Positions 1 to 14,252 are shown, counted from the stretch's first letter. The stretch: DNA of 64,000 nt from Octopus sinensis (GCF_006345805.1 NC_042998.1:13206001-13270000); one strand, 5' to 3'. Program-made: numbers and translations. Notes: generated from the letters alone by a model not told the origin.

Positions 1-473
1 AACCAGTCGTTTTACATTACAATTCTGAAACATTTGCGTGACGTGGTGAGACGAAAACGCCCGACCTTTGACAAATTGGTGAGTGGTAGTTTCGTTACGA
101 TGATGCGCCTGCGCACGCGGCCTAGAGAGTGAGACATTTTTGGACCAAAAATAGCAAAATCCCGCTTAACCATCCTCCCTATTCAATCCATCTTGCTCCT
201 TATGACTTTTGTTTGTCCTCTTGAAAAAAAAAGTCCTTAAAAGTAAAAAAGCTTTACAGATGTGGATGAGGTGAAGCAGCAAACGACGGAGGCGTTTTAA
301 AGTTACAACTTCGCAAGAATTCCAAGACTACTTGAAACAATAGAAATCGTGTCTGGACAGATGCATTGTTTCAAATGAAGAATGACTTAAGGGCGATAAA
401 ATTATAAGCATGTAAAAGTAAGTGAATAAAATAAGATTGCAAAATTCCGGGTTCTTTTGGGTAGCCCCTCGTG
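1..473 (+). mobile_element. Mariner-family DNA transposon remnant: transposase C-terminus plus right TIR
   Basis: Degenerate translation NQSFYITILKHLRDVVRRKRP...DDAPAH...NHPPYSIHLAPYDF matches the mariner HDNAxxH and HPPYSPDLAP motifs; has stops and frameshifts. TIR-like aaaattccgggttcttttgggtagcccctcgtg at 441-473. Confidence 0.85.
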
Positions 474-480
474 CATGTAT

Positions 481-700
481 ATATAAAGTTAATCCAAACA
501 AGAATACACAGAAAAAAAGAGAAAAAAACACAGCAACGCGAGGACGTGGAACAATTAAAGTATTATTGACGCTCAGGAAAGAAGGGAAGGAGGGTTTAAC
601 GTTTCGAGCGGAGCTCTTCGTCGGAAACAAGGAGAAGGAAAGATCCCAAGAAGGGAAGACAGACGAAAAAATATTTTTGCTGGTGGTGCTCAAGAGATCA
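481..700 (-). mobile_element. Penelope pseudo-LTR (pLTR) fragment, family A, with minimal HHR-like motif at 594-628
   Basis: Minus strand reads gttt-CCGACGA-a-GAGC(tcc)GCTC-GAAAC-GTT-aaac. Homologous copies at 43290-43480 and 47705-47900. Confidence 0.7.
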
Positions 701-760
701 CATATATATATATGTATTTGTTGTGCAAGATGTTTCATGTGAAGTCGTGTGTTGAAACAG

Positions 761-1428
761 ATATTGTTATATTTCGGAATGGTCATTTTGCCAGTTTAGC
801 CAATAACAACACACGCACTGTATATTTGGTGTTACTTTGCTTCAGTGTTATATATTTTTTACATTAATCTTAATCTTATTTCGGCCAGAGTTCTTTCGTC
901 ACACTCCTGTGACCGCATCAGTGGTCCTTTGTTTTCTACTTTCTTATTTGTGAATCTCCTTACTAACCGTCAGCCATTTTGTATTTCTATTGTATCATTA
1001 CAAGCATATGTAATGATAATAATAAGTGGATGTAAACACATGAACAAAATAAGAATAAACAAAAGCAGCAACAACAAAAACAAATTACATGAACGTATAT
1101 AAAGAGTAGATACAAATATTACAAGCATCCCCCCACACACACACTAAATAAACATCAACGGACATAGAGATATAAACTTGCGCAAATGAAGACGTACAAT
1201 AGAAATACAAAATGGCTGACGGTTAGTGAAGAGAGACACAAATAAGAAAGAAGAAAACAAAGGACCACTGATGCGGTCACAGGAGTGTGACGAAAGAACT
1301 CTGGCCGAAATAAGATTAAGATTAATGTAAAAAATAAATAACACTGAAGTAAAGTAACACCAAATATATAGTGCGTGTATTTTTATTGGCTAAACTGGCA
1401 AAATGACCATTCCGAAATATAACAATAT
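761..1428. repeat. Fold-back inverted repeat: 234-bp arms (761-994 / 1195-1428) with a 200-bp spacer; probable PLE inverted pLTR
   Basis: Arms are reverse complements with few substitutions (>90% by eye); each contains an HHR-like motif; abuts (TA)n at 1428. Confidence 0.9.
1262..1306 (+). ncRNA. Type-I HHR-like motif with variant core CUGAUGCG; mirror copy at 883-927(-)
   Basis: GGACCA-CTGATGCG-GTCAC(aggagt)GTGAC-GAAAG(aa)CTC-TGGCC: stems I, II and III can all form; the A9 position is non-canonical. Confidence 0.55.
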
Positions 1429-1429
1429 A

Positions 1430-3983
<2,554 letters not shown>

Positions 3984-3984
3984 A

Positions 3985-4966
3985 TGAATAATGATGAGAG
4001 ACAAAAGATAGTTTACTGAAATATATTTGGTTGTGAAATTACGCTGTCCACAAAATCAGGTACTAAAAATATATATGCATATAAATGTATACATACACTT
4101 AAAAATATATTAAAAAATGCATTAAATATATATAAATATAAACATAAATATGTTAAGAATATATTAATAGCATACAATATATAGCCCTACTTACAACAAT
4201 AAAAAGCAGCGTTGAAATTGTATACAGGGAATAGATGGAGTGTAGATAATATTATAAATCCTTATAGATGTGAATAGGTCATTAAAATCCGACCCCGTTT
4301 CTGAAGGCATAGTGGTGGAAAGATGTAATATAATTTAAGTTCCAAAAATCTAATATCGCTGCTTCCTTCTTCAGGGAATTTTCCAACTGGTAAGGCTACA
4401 TTTGTCATGCACTATGGTGAAATTCGATGCTGACAACCTTTATAAAAAGAAATACTTATTATGGTGGGTGGGTGTTAAGTGAGTATTTTTTTTTATACAC
4501 TAGTAGATTGGGAAAATATACTACTATTGAGATAAAGCTATTAATAGTGTTAGAGGTGGAAGTTGGGAGAAGATGACATAAACTAAGTTTTTATATTTCA
4601 GATTTAATGGGAAATTCTATTGTGTAGTTATGAACGGTTAACGAAATATCTCAGGGATAAATAATAGCTGTGTCTACAGGAAAAAATGACATCAGAAAAC
4701 CTGTTTAGCATTGAATAATTGTGCATACGCAGAATGGTTAAGGATTCCTTGATACAAAAATTATATTTATGCATATATGAATTGTAAGGAGGTGCTTCCG
4801 TTACTATTGGACAAGTTAATTTATACTGAATATTTTGCGCTTTATTTTGTGCAGATAAAGGAGTAGTTAATCTGGTTTTTTTTCATCCTGTTTTCCTATG
4901 GCTCAAATACACTGAGCACTTCGATGTGTCTTATATATTAGAGAAAAGTTTATCTCTTGAAAATAA

Positions 4967-4970
<4 letters not shown>
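3985..4970 (-). mobile_element. Decayed Penelope-like element 3' part: GIY-YIG C-terminus plus pLTR with decayed HHR at 4284-4382
   Basis: Minus frame NIQYKLTCPIVTEAPPYNSYMHKYNFCIKESLTILRMHNYSMLNRFSDVIF parallels the 6407-6700 protein. Motif aaaattcc-CTGAAGA...GAAAC(ggg)GTC-ggatttt. Confidence 0.65.
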
Positions 4971-5016
<46 letters not shown>

Positions 5017-5233
5017 ATTATATATGTGAAATAGAAAGATGAATAATCTTGTAGTGGATTAATCAAAAGTTTAACCGATACCTTAGTAGCAAAAATCACA
5101 GCAGTGAACAGCACGGTTGGAGGTACAACCATCTGGCGTTGCAACCGTGCGTTGGTGCGGATAATTGAAATTAAAACATTATTGGTGAATTGAAGAAATG
5201 GAGCTGAACGCAGATTGAACATAAATCGTTTTA

Positions 5234-5323
5234 TTTCATTCTACACGTGTTTCGAAAGGCACAAATTACCAAAATCCGATTGAATAATGGGACCATATTG
5301 TGTCTTTCTCTTCAGGAAGAAAA
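5234..5323 (-). ncRNA. Inverted copy of the same hammerhead ribozyme
   Basis: Reverse complement of 7308-7397; core identical. Confidence 0.85.
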
Positions 5324-6298
5324 AAGGAAATCCGTTGGAAAAACAAAAACAGAACAGAGGCAGAGCAAAAAACAAATCGAACTGTGCTCCTAAGAGCCCA
5401 TGGCGAAACTGTCCAAGGCCGGTTATAGGCAGAAGGTAATTTATATTGATCCGGCCCTTCCGATGCCATCATTCGGTCATCAGGATAGGGCCGTATATAA
5501 TAACATTAACATTTTAAGTGAGGACGGGGGCGCGGCGGATACCGGGGTAGTCGCTCCCGCATTTAATTTAGCGAACAAGGATAATTATCGGTCCGGGAGG
5601 TCTTACACTAACCCAAGACCCGTTATTCATCCGAGAATCACCCACCCAAATGCGAGAGCTGGCGTCCCGACCCATCACACTGATAGGAATAAGCATATAT
5701 GGTTTGTAATCCCCTTGGTAAGCAGATTAGAACTAACCTCCCCCTCATGTTTAGACAAGCCATCGCCAATAACTTCCCAGAAATTCCAAATATTACTCCA
5801 CGGTTAACTCACATAAAGTTAGGATAGCTTTCTCCAACACTAAAAACCTCGCCCAGATAATCGCCTCCCATAACAATAGGCTACTTACTAAGACCCTATC
5901 ACCTTTTTCCGGAGGCACAGCCTCTCCGCTCCCGGCTTAATGCTCAGTAGGAATAATTATAGTAGTAATAATGATATGAGAGCCAGTACAGTGACACATA
6001 ATCTCAGCTCCAGCCAGGGAGTACCCACTAGGGTAGGTATAGTTATAAATAGGGGTGTTGTGGTTGATGGTAACAATGGGGTGAGGGTAGAGAGCCCCTT
6101 TAGCATCCCCAGCATCATTTCCCGCAATAGCAGTACCACGGGCAGTAGCAATGACAGCACTCTGATAGATAGTGGAGAATCAGGGGTTATTCCTATAGTT
6201 AATAGTGACGTAGTGGAAAATAGAGTAGTAAGCGGCTGCAGGTCTCGGAACGAATATAGTGACAGGAACGCAGTTCTAATTTCAGAAACCAATCCTAG

Positions 6299-6700
6299 CA
6301 GAGTAAGATTCACGTCGGCGAACTCAAGATCAAAAACGCCGTCTACCAATGCAAGGTTTACACGGACTCAGATGCCTTCACTTATATAGGGGCATCGTCC
6401 TCAAGATTGTCTTTGCGTGTCTCCAACCATTACGCAACTTTTCGGGACGTGAACAAGCGCCAGACCACGGGACTCAGTAAGCTAATATGGCGACTGAAGG
6501 ATGCGAACTTAAGCTATAGGCTGGAATGGTCAATTTTGTCGGTGGCCCTCCCATTTGATAGGGGCAGAAGACAGTGCAACCTTTGTGTCTCCGAACTCTT
6601 CCATATTTTGTTTGCCAGAGGCCGGATGGTAAACGGGCTCTTACAGTCGGCTTTTCGATGCCCCCATTGGCGGCGTTACACTTATCTGGCCTTTAAATAG
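6299..6700 (+). pseudogene. PLE GIY-YIG endonuclease domain, frameshifted from the upstream RT thumb
   Basis: Open frame KNAVYQCKVYTDSDAFTYIGASSSRLSLRVSNH...LSKLIWRLKD...WSIL...CNLCVSE...CPH, typical of the Penelope endonuclease. Confidence 0.88.
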
Positions 6701-7307
6701 CGTTCATAAATAAGACCGGCACCCATAGCCCTTGGTAACAAATTCTGAAATAGATTTTAAGATATCTACAATTAACCACTGCAAGGGAAATTACTCCTGT
6801 AAGACAAACGGGGCTGTTTTTCACAGCGGGGTTTCCTTGTCAAGGTAGGCTTAGATGAACACACACACACACACATAAAAATAAAATATATATATATATA
6901 ATTTCTTTATTTTATTTTTTTCTTTCTGCCACCCAACGGTTATCACGGCAGTAGCCACTGACAGCCGAACGATCAAACGCACACACGTACACAAAAATGT
7001 TTTCTACCCCTACGCCAACGCACACAATATAGAACAGTATACACACACACACGTCTCTAAGTAGATTTTTTCTCGCCCCTTATAAAACATCCAATATTCT
7101 TTAAATAGTCAGAACTTTATTCTCGGTCACAAAGAACATCTATACACCCCACCCACATGTTTGACCGATGCCTGACCTGTTGAATTCTTCAGCCACCGGT
7201 CTCAACATACACTGATAAACAGTTTCGCCATGGGCTCTTAGGAGCACAGTTCGATTTGTTTTTGCTCTGCCTCTGTTCTGTTTTTGTTTTTCCAACGGAT
7301 TTCCTTT

Positions 7308-7397
7308 TTTTCTTCCTGAAGAGAAAGACACAATATGGTCCCATTATTCAATCGGATTTTGGTAATTTGTGCCTTTCGAAACACGTGTAGAATGAAA
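7308..7397 (+). ncRNA. Type-I hammerhead ribozyme with canonical core and extended stem II
   Basis: CTGAAGA 7316-7322; stem II GAAAGACACAA (7323-33) / TTGTGCCTTTC (7367-77); GAAAC 7378-82; palindromic ACACGTGT stem III; GUA site 7387-89; stem I tttcttc / gaatgaaa. Confidence 0.85.
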
Positions 7398-7480
7398 TAA
7401 AACGATTTCTGTTCAATCTGCGTTCAGCTCCATTTCTTCAATTCACCAATAATGTTTTATATATATATATATATATATAA

Positions 7481-7642
7481 AGGAGTGTCTGTGTGGTAAG
7501 TAGCTTGTTTACCAACCACATGGTTCTGGGTTCAGTCCCACTGCGTGGCATCTTGGGCAGGTGTCTTCTACTATTGCCTCGGACCGACCAAAGCCTTGTG
7601 AGTAGATTTGGTAGACGGAAACTGAAAGAAGCCTGTCGCATA
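7481..7642 (+). mobile_element. tRNA-derived SINE, family 1 (5' half)
   Basis: A/B-box-like head gtgtggtaag...ggttcagtccc and body shared with 56101-56525. Confidence 0.85.
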
Positions 7643-7849
7643 TATGTATATATATATATATATGGGTGTGTGTGTGTGTATGTGCATATACATATACTCA
7701 AAATAGTATACATTTAAACACAAGAGAAAACTGCCTTCAACAGGCAGGTTTTACACGCTAGAAACATTTATATATATATATATATATGTGCGTGTGTGTG
7801 TGTGTGTGTGTGTGTATGTATATATGCACACACACACACACACACATAT

Positions 7850-10800
7850 ATGTTGAAAATGGGTTAAGTGTCTATATAATTAAAAAAAATATTGTTAAAA
7901 GAATAAGTAAAATATGAATAGGAAAAGGCACAAAAGTATATGTTTTATTTTTTTTGTTACAGTTGGTGGTGTAGAATATCACCGGTATTGATCTATCTAT
8001 CTTATCAAATATTAAATAAAATTTTTAGGAATTCGAAGAAAAATAAATTTGGGTTAACAATTTGTACCCATGTGTAAGTGCCTAGTGAAATTTATTTTAG
8101 AGTCAGTCCCTATATATGTTTCGTTTACGTAGCTTTGGGGTTGGGTTCAAGAGTTCAAGTTGCAGGAATTCTATCGTAAAGAAGCGTATTGAATTAAATA
8201 GGAGGCTTCTATTCAGGATATGGCCAGCTGTGTGTTTGTGTGTGTGCGTGTGTTTGGAATATATGTCAAAACATTTGTTTCACCTTATTCTATTATGAGA
8301 ATATGGTCAGTGGTTTAGGATAGTCGTTGAAATGATTTTCAAGAAATTAATTCTTTTGTTGTTGCTGTGTGTGTGTGTGTACGCGTGTTGCTTTGTTTGT
8401 GTGATTGTGTGTGTACTGTTTTGTTTGTGTGAGTGTGTGTGTGTGTATGTGTTTATGTGTGTCGTTTTGGGCTTTGGAAATATGCTTTGTATATTGTGAA
8501 GAATGTGTATAAGAATGTGCGTTTTTGTGTGTAATTTTTTGACGGTATGTTTCGTGTGTCTGTGTGTCCGTGTGTGTATATGTGTGCATGTGCGTGTGTG
8601 ATTGTGACAGATCCTTAGTTATTGATTAATATTGTTTTTTTTTATATTTAGTCGTGGTTTAAATTTGTTGTAGAAATTGTTGTGTGAGTATGTGTGCGTG
8701 TTTGCTCTTTGAAGTGTATGTGTGTTTTGTTTGTGCGTGTGTATATTTTTTAGTAGTAGTGTTTATGTTGTTTTTTCTTTTGGCTCTCTGGTAGCATATG
8801 TTTGTGTGTGTATATACATACACACACACATATGTGTATGTGTGTTTTATTTTCTCGAAATATGTACTGTAATTTGTAGCGTGTGAGTTTATGTTCTTTG
8901 TTAAAGAAGTTGGTGAGTGGCTGTTTTTTATGTTTTTTTCTGTAGTATGTGTGTTGTTTTGTTTGTATGGGTGTATATTTTTAGTGGTATATATTTGTGT
9001 GTGTATGCATGCCTGTATTAATGTGTACTTGTTTGTATTTTAGTGGTGTGTATGTGCATATGTATGATTTGTTTTTGTTTTTTCGGAAATATGTCCTGTA
9101 AATATGTATGTGTGCGTGTTATTTTGTGTGTGCTATTGTGGTGTATATGTGTGTTATTGTGGTGTGTGTATTGCTTTGTGTGTGCTATTGTGGTATGTGT
9201 GTGTGCTATTTTGCGTGTGTTATTGTGGTCTGTGCGTGTTAGTTTGTGTGTACTATTGTGGTGTGTGTGTGTGCTATTTTGTGTGTATGTTATTTTGTGT
9301 GCGATATTGTGGTGTGCGTGTTATGTTGTGTGTGTGTGTGTGTTATTTTGTGTTGGCTATTGTGGTGTGTGTGTGTGTGTTATTTTGTGTGCGCTATTCT
9401 GTTTTTGTGTTATGGGATTGTTTAGTGCGTATGTGTGTTTATGTGAGCATGTGTGCTATTGTTGTTTTTGTGTTATTGTGGTGTATGTGTTATTTTGTGT
9501 ATGCTATTGTATGTCTGATTTTTGGGGGAATGCTTTGTGTGTGTTGTGTGTGTATGTGTTTGTGTTTGGTTTTATGGTAATGTTTTGTGTGTGAGCGTAT
9601 TTTTGTGGTGTGTGCATGTGAGTGCTTGTGCGAGTGTGTCTGACAGGTCCTTATTTATTGATTAATGGGGAGAATATTTTGAGGTTTTGTAGTGGTTTAT
9701 GTTTGGTGATGAATTGTTTTTCCATGTTTATTCTCTGTTGTTGGGTTAAAGAGTCCGAGTACTTTTACAAGAGAAAGGTTTTGAAAATGGGTAAGGTTAT
9801 GTCCGAACAGTTTGCAGTGTGACTACTTAGGGGGAAATTATCTTGTGCTCGCAACTCGAATTTGTTGGCGGTCTGCTGTCATTCTGTTGCGTCATGAAAC
9901 ATCCGCCTAAGGGGGCGAGCTGGCAGAAACATTAGCACGCCGGGCGAAATGCGTAGCCGTATTTCGTCTGCCGTTACGTTCTGTGTTCGAATTCCGCCGA
10001 GGTCGACTTTGCCTTTCATCCTTTCGGGGTCGATAAAATTAAGTACCAGTTACGCACTAGGGTCGATATAATCGACTTAATCCGTTTGTCTGTCCTTGTT
10101 TGTCCTGTCTGTGTTTGTCCCCTAGTGGGTAGTAAAGAAATAGGTATTTCGTCAGTCTTTGTTTTGAGTTCAAATTCCACCGAGGTCCACTTTGCCATTT
10201 TTGCATTCGGAGTCGATAAATTAAGTACCTGTTGCGTACTGGATTCGATCTAATCAACTGGCCCCTCCCCACAAATTTCGGGCCTTGTGCCTAGAGCAGA
10301 AAAGCAAAAGAAAGGAAACGCCTATGCAGTTATTTTGGCATCCACCGCATGTGATTGCTTAGATTAAGTTTTCGGAGTTGCAAGTGAAGTTTACTTTTAT
10401 TTTGAAGGTTTGCCTGTCTTTAAATTTCTGTTCTGCTCCTTCTATTAGGTAAAAGAAGGTGCCACAATTTGTTCTTCCAGATTCTGTCACTGTTGGGTAG
10501 GGGATTTATGTCTATGTTCCGGTGAGGATTTGGTTGCCTTTTACTCGGGAGGATTTGGTATCTTTCTAGAAGTTTCTTCATTATTTCGCCTTCAATTAGA
10601 ATGGGGAGGAATTTGTGGATATGGTAAAATATTTTCAGTTGTTTTGATTTTCGTATACATTATTTTCTGGATATCAATATGTTTTGGCCTGTCTATTCCA
10701 TTGATAAATACACCTAGTGGGAATGTTATTTGAATGAGTATGTTTTTAAGTTCTTCCCATCTTTTTTCAGATTTAGATGGGTTCACACTATTATGTTAGA

Positions 10801-11185
10801 TTAAAAGGAATATTCAGTTTGATGTGTTGTGGGTGGCATGAGGTGAATAGAAAGTACTGATTGGTGTCAGCTGGCTTATAGACTATGTCCGTTTCTATTT
10901 CCCCATCCTTGTTAGTGATTAAAATATCCAGGAAGGCAAATTCCTTTATGCCAAACTCCACTGTGAACTGGTTTTCTTTTTCTTTATGCTTTTTCGGCAT
11001 ATTTTTTAATCTTGTGTGTATTCAAATTTTCCTTCCATAAGCTAAAGCAATCATCTAGGAATCTTAAGCAATTTTATTTTTTTAGTTGTGGTTGGAATGT
11101 GTCTCCATCGAGAAGAAGTTATTGGGTGTAAATCTTTGGGCCATGAAATCTCATGATTAAATTGGCATATGCAGGTGTTACCTTC
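7850..11185 (-). mobile_element. Decayed Penelope (Poseidon-type) element: RT domains 4-7, thumb, GIY-YIG, CA-rich 3' tract; interrupted by a SINE
   Basis: Minus-strand remnants PAYANLIM, RFLDDCFSLW, FLDILI...TDIVYKPADTNQY...SCHPQHIKLNIPF, FTCNSENLI*AITCGGC...IG (11185-10320), continuing RNRMTADRQQIR...EKQFITKHKPLQN (9900-9650). The extent of the 3' non-coding part is inferred. Confidence 0.8.
9911..10310 (+). mobile_element. tRNA-SINE family 2 (Deu/Nin-domain-like): full monomer plus partial second monomer
   Basis: Core gcctttcatcctttcggggtcgataaaattaagtaccag resembles the Deu/Nin domain; homologous to 56614-56847. Confidence 0.8.
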
Positions 11186-11197
11186 GTTCCCATTGCA

Positions 11198-11228
<31 letters not shown>

Positions 11229-11381
11229 GACGATGGGCTTCTTCAAATTTCTGTCTGCCAAATCCACTCACAAGGTTTTGTTCGGTCCGAGGTTATAGTA
11301 GAAGTGCCTTGCCCAATGTACCACGTACAAAGTTTGAACTCGGAACCATGTGGTTGAGAAACAAGCTTCTTATCACACAGT
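11229..11381 (-). mobile_element. tRNA-SINE family 1 (5' half)
   Basis: Reverse complement of the 7481-7642 type. Confidence 0.8.
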
Positions 11382-12204
11382 GAAACCTAATATTTTTTGT
11401 TCGTGTATAATGGCAAAATGAATAAGCAAGCATTCAATGTACGGATATCGATTTCCTCTCTCTTTTTATATATCTGTCTAAACATATTCTCGAGCCCTTC
11501 TCTTTATTTATGTATGCGTGAATAGTGAGAGTTTCTATCCAATCTCCTGTAGGATGGATATAGCGTTTTGTATTTTCATATATATTTTATACACCTACTC
11601 CTTTTAAAAGAAACTTAGTAACAAAATAGAACTGTTTCACAGCAGTCACATTTGTATTTGTCTTCTAGAATATAAACCCGAACTGAATCTAAATAAATGG
11701 AATTTATAAAGTTATTTAGAAAGATTTAGCTATTAAAATATTTAGGAATTACTTCATACCATTGAGAGTCAAAGTTATTGTGTAAAAATATTTTAATTTT
11801 CTTCACTTATATCTCTTCCGACATGCCGTTCTAAGGCAAGGGCAACCCCACCATAAATGTTACATATCAAACAAAGAAATGGAGCTCGTAAAGGAAAAAA
11901 CAACTTAATATATACAAATAAACTGATACTAATATTTTGCTACTCATACGTATTAACCGCAAACAAAATGAAAATATTACTAGAATTCAGTACAAGAAAA
12001 CTGAACTTTGCAGACAACATTTTCTAAAACCACATCACACGCAAATCCAACGGTATGTTTTTGCTCGGTCAAACGAATATCTGGTAAACAATACGTAAAT
12101 CTGATCGGTTAAATTTTTCAATATACAGAAATGCCATTGGTATTATTCATTTCAATAGAATACAGCAAGAATCAGTCAATATGTAATCCCCGAAAAGCGG
12201 TGAG

Positions 12205-12365
12205 TTTAGAATCGTTGGCATGCCGGTAAAATGCTTAGCGGCATTTCGTCCATCTTTAATTCTGAGTTAAAATTCCCGGGTTCGATAAAATAAGTACCAG
12301 TTGACCACCACTCGTAGAGATAAAATGGACAAACCCCCCCATCCCTCAAAGTTACTGCCATTGTG
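12205..12365 (+). mobile_element. Degenerate SINE family 2
   Basis: gttcgataaaataagtaccag core and similar flanks. Confidence 0.65.
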
Positions 12366-12590
12366 CCAAAATTTGAAATTAATATTTATTCCTTGTATAT
12401 CGACAACGTCGTCTCGTAACCGATTCGCGCTTGGCAATATTGACGAACCTATGATACAAAAGAAACTCCTTATTCGGGAATATTCTCCACTGAATTATAT
12501 GCAACATTATCAAAAATAGAACTAGTAGAATATTAAGTCGCAAATGGTAGAAAGCACCCGACAATATTTATTTAGCTGCAAAATATTTGT

Positions 12591-12885
12591 TGTGGAGGCA
12601 CATGGCCTAGTGGTTAGAGCAGCAGACTCGCAGTCGAGAGATCGTGAGTTCGAATCTCAGATCGGGCTATGTGTGTGTTTATGAGCGAAACTCCTTACCT
12701 CCACGCGGCTCCTGTAGAAGGTAATGGCGAACTTCTGCATGACTCTTCCGCCACAACTTTCATTCTTTCCTCCTGCATCTTGCAGCTCACCTGCGACGGA
12801 CCGGCGTCTTTTCCAGGTGGGGATTCTATATGCCAAGGAAACCTCCCCTTATGAGCTCGGTGTGGCTCGAGAAGGGACAAACAAT
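12591..12885 (+). mobile_element. tRNA-derived SINE, distinct family
   Basis: Head ggaggcacatggcctagtggttagagc...gagttcgaatctc has A and B boxes; unrelated body. Confidence 0.75.
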
Positions 12886-13662
12886 ACATTTGTCATCTAC
12901 TTCAGAGTGCGTTTGACTCCCGGCTCAATTATTTTAAAGAAAAAGGACGCTGTGGATTCACTACAATAGAATGTTTCGTTGTGCAACATACATTATTTCA
13001 AGGTCAAGAGAGTGTGAAAGATAGAGAGTGATGAAGCTACAAAGAAGAGCTAATGAAGGATGACTAAACATGTCAGCCGAAGTTTCAATCACGGAACACT
13101 GATCAACACTTTTGTGTTTGTCGGTATTTAACTTGAAACACACACCCGCGCATAAGATACAATAATGGATTTTAGCTGACGCTGTAACGCGTACATCATC
13201 CCCTCACTTTCTGCATATACACACACAGATATACACGCATGCACACGTGTCTGTATTGATTGTATCTGTATAAACGAGCCACACATACATGAACTTAAAC
13301 GTAAATTAAGTAACTGTTTTGGAACACAGAATGATTGCTACTGATTAAAAAAAACAAAAACTGCAGCTACAAAACAATGAAAACCTATGCAGAATACAAT
13401 GACAGTGACACACAAATTTCCAGTTGTATCCATTTGTAATATACATGAAGTCTGGTTGTAAGAATGGAGTATATATAAAAAAGAAGTTAAAGAAATGCTC
13501 TAGGTTATAGTTTCAAAAGACACGAGCACAAATTGTGAGAATGTTACAAAATGCGCACCCGCTGACACAGGGACAAATACTAGGAAAAGAAGAAAATATA
13601 ATAATATATACAGAAATGCACATGCACGTACAGCTACACCTTCATTTATACATTATACATGC

Positions 13663-13725
<63 letters not shown>

Positions 13726-14252
13726 TAATATATATGTATGTGTATATATACGTATACATACATGTATATATATACATATATATGTATAATATATATATAT
13801 GTATATATACATGTATATATATACATATATATGAATATATACATATATATATACATATATGTGTATATATACATACATACATGCACACACACACACAAAT
13901 ATATCTACTTCTGTTACTAAATGCGTTTGCATACATTTATATGTATATAAACACATACTTGTGCATAAATACACACACAAACACGCACACACAAACACAC
14001 ACGCACGTATATCTTCATTCACATACACTCACAAACATTCACACACACACACACATACATACACACACGTGTACACAGCAAACTATTCAATGTTTCCATG
14101 GAACATTCACTCTATAAATATTAGATGAAGAGCAGATAATAGAAAGTGATTATTTAATGCAACACTCCGATCCCAATCATAAATTATTACTAAAAGCACG
14201 TATACAGAATACAGATAAAAGTAGTTTTTTTTTTTGTTTAGCCATTTAAGTA

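Larger units (their letters stand above)
5025..7459 (+). mobile_element. Penelope-like retroelement, 5'-truncated, with inverted pLTR (5172-5412 / 7219-7459), flanked by (TA)n
   Basis: RT-thumb remnant (KAGY; IWF..P; KVRIAFSNTKNLAQIIASHNN), a GIY-YIG domain, and 241-bp inverted arms with about 3 differences. Confidence 0.92.

Noticed and set aside
5957-6349. 130-aa hydrophobic antisense ORF
   Set aside because: Antisense shadow of the low-complexity PLE linker.
8105-8225. Possible branched-stem-II hammerhead on the minus strand (CTGAATA...GAAACATATA)
   Set aside because: G8 and the cleavage triplet are altered and stem I is weak; too degenerate to call.
12591-12670. tRNA-like heads here and at 41500-41578
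   Set aside because: They continue into SINE bodies and lack a proper acceptor stem, so they are not tRNA genes.
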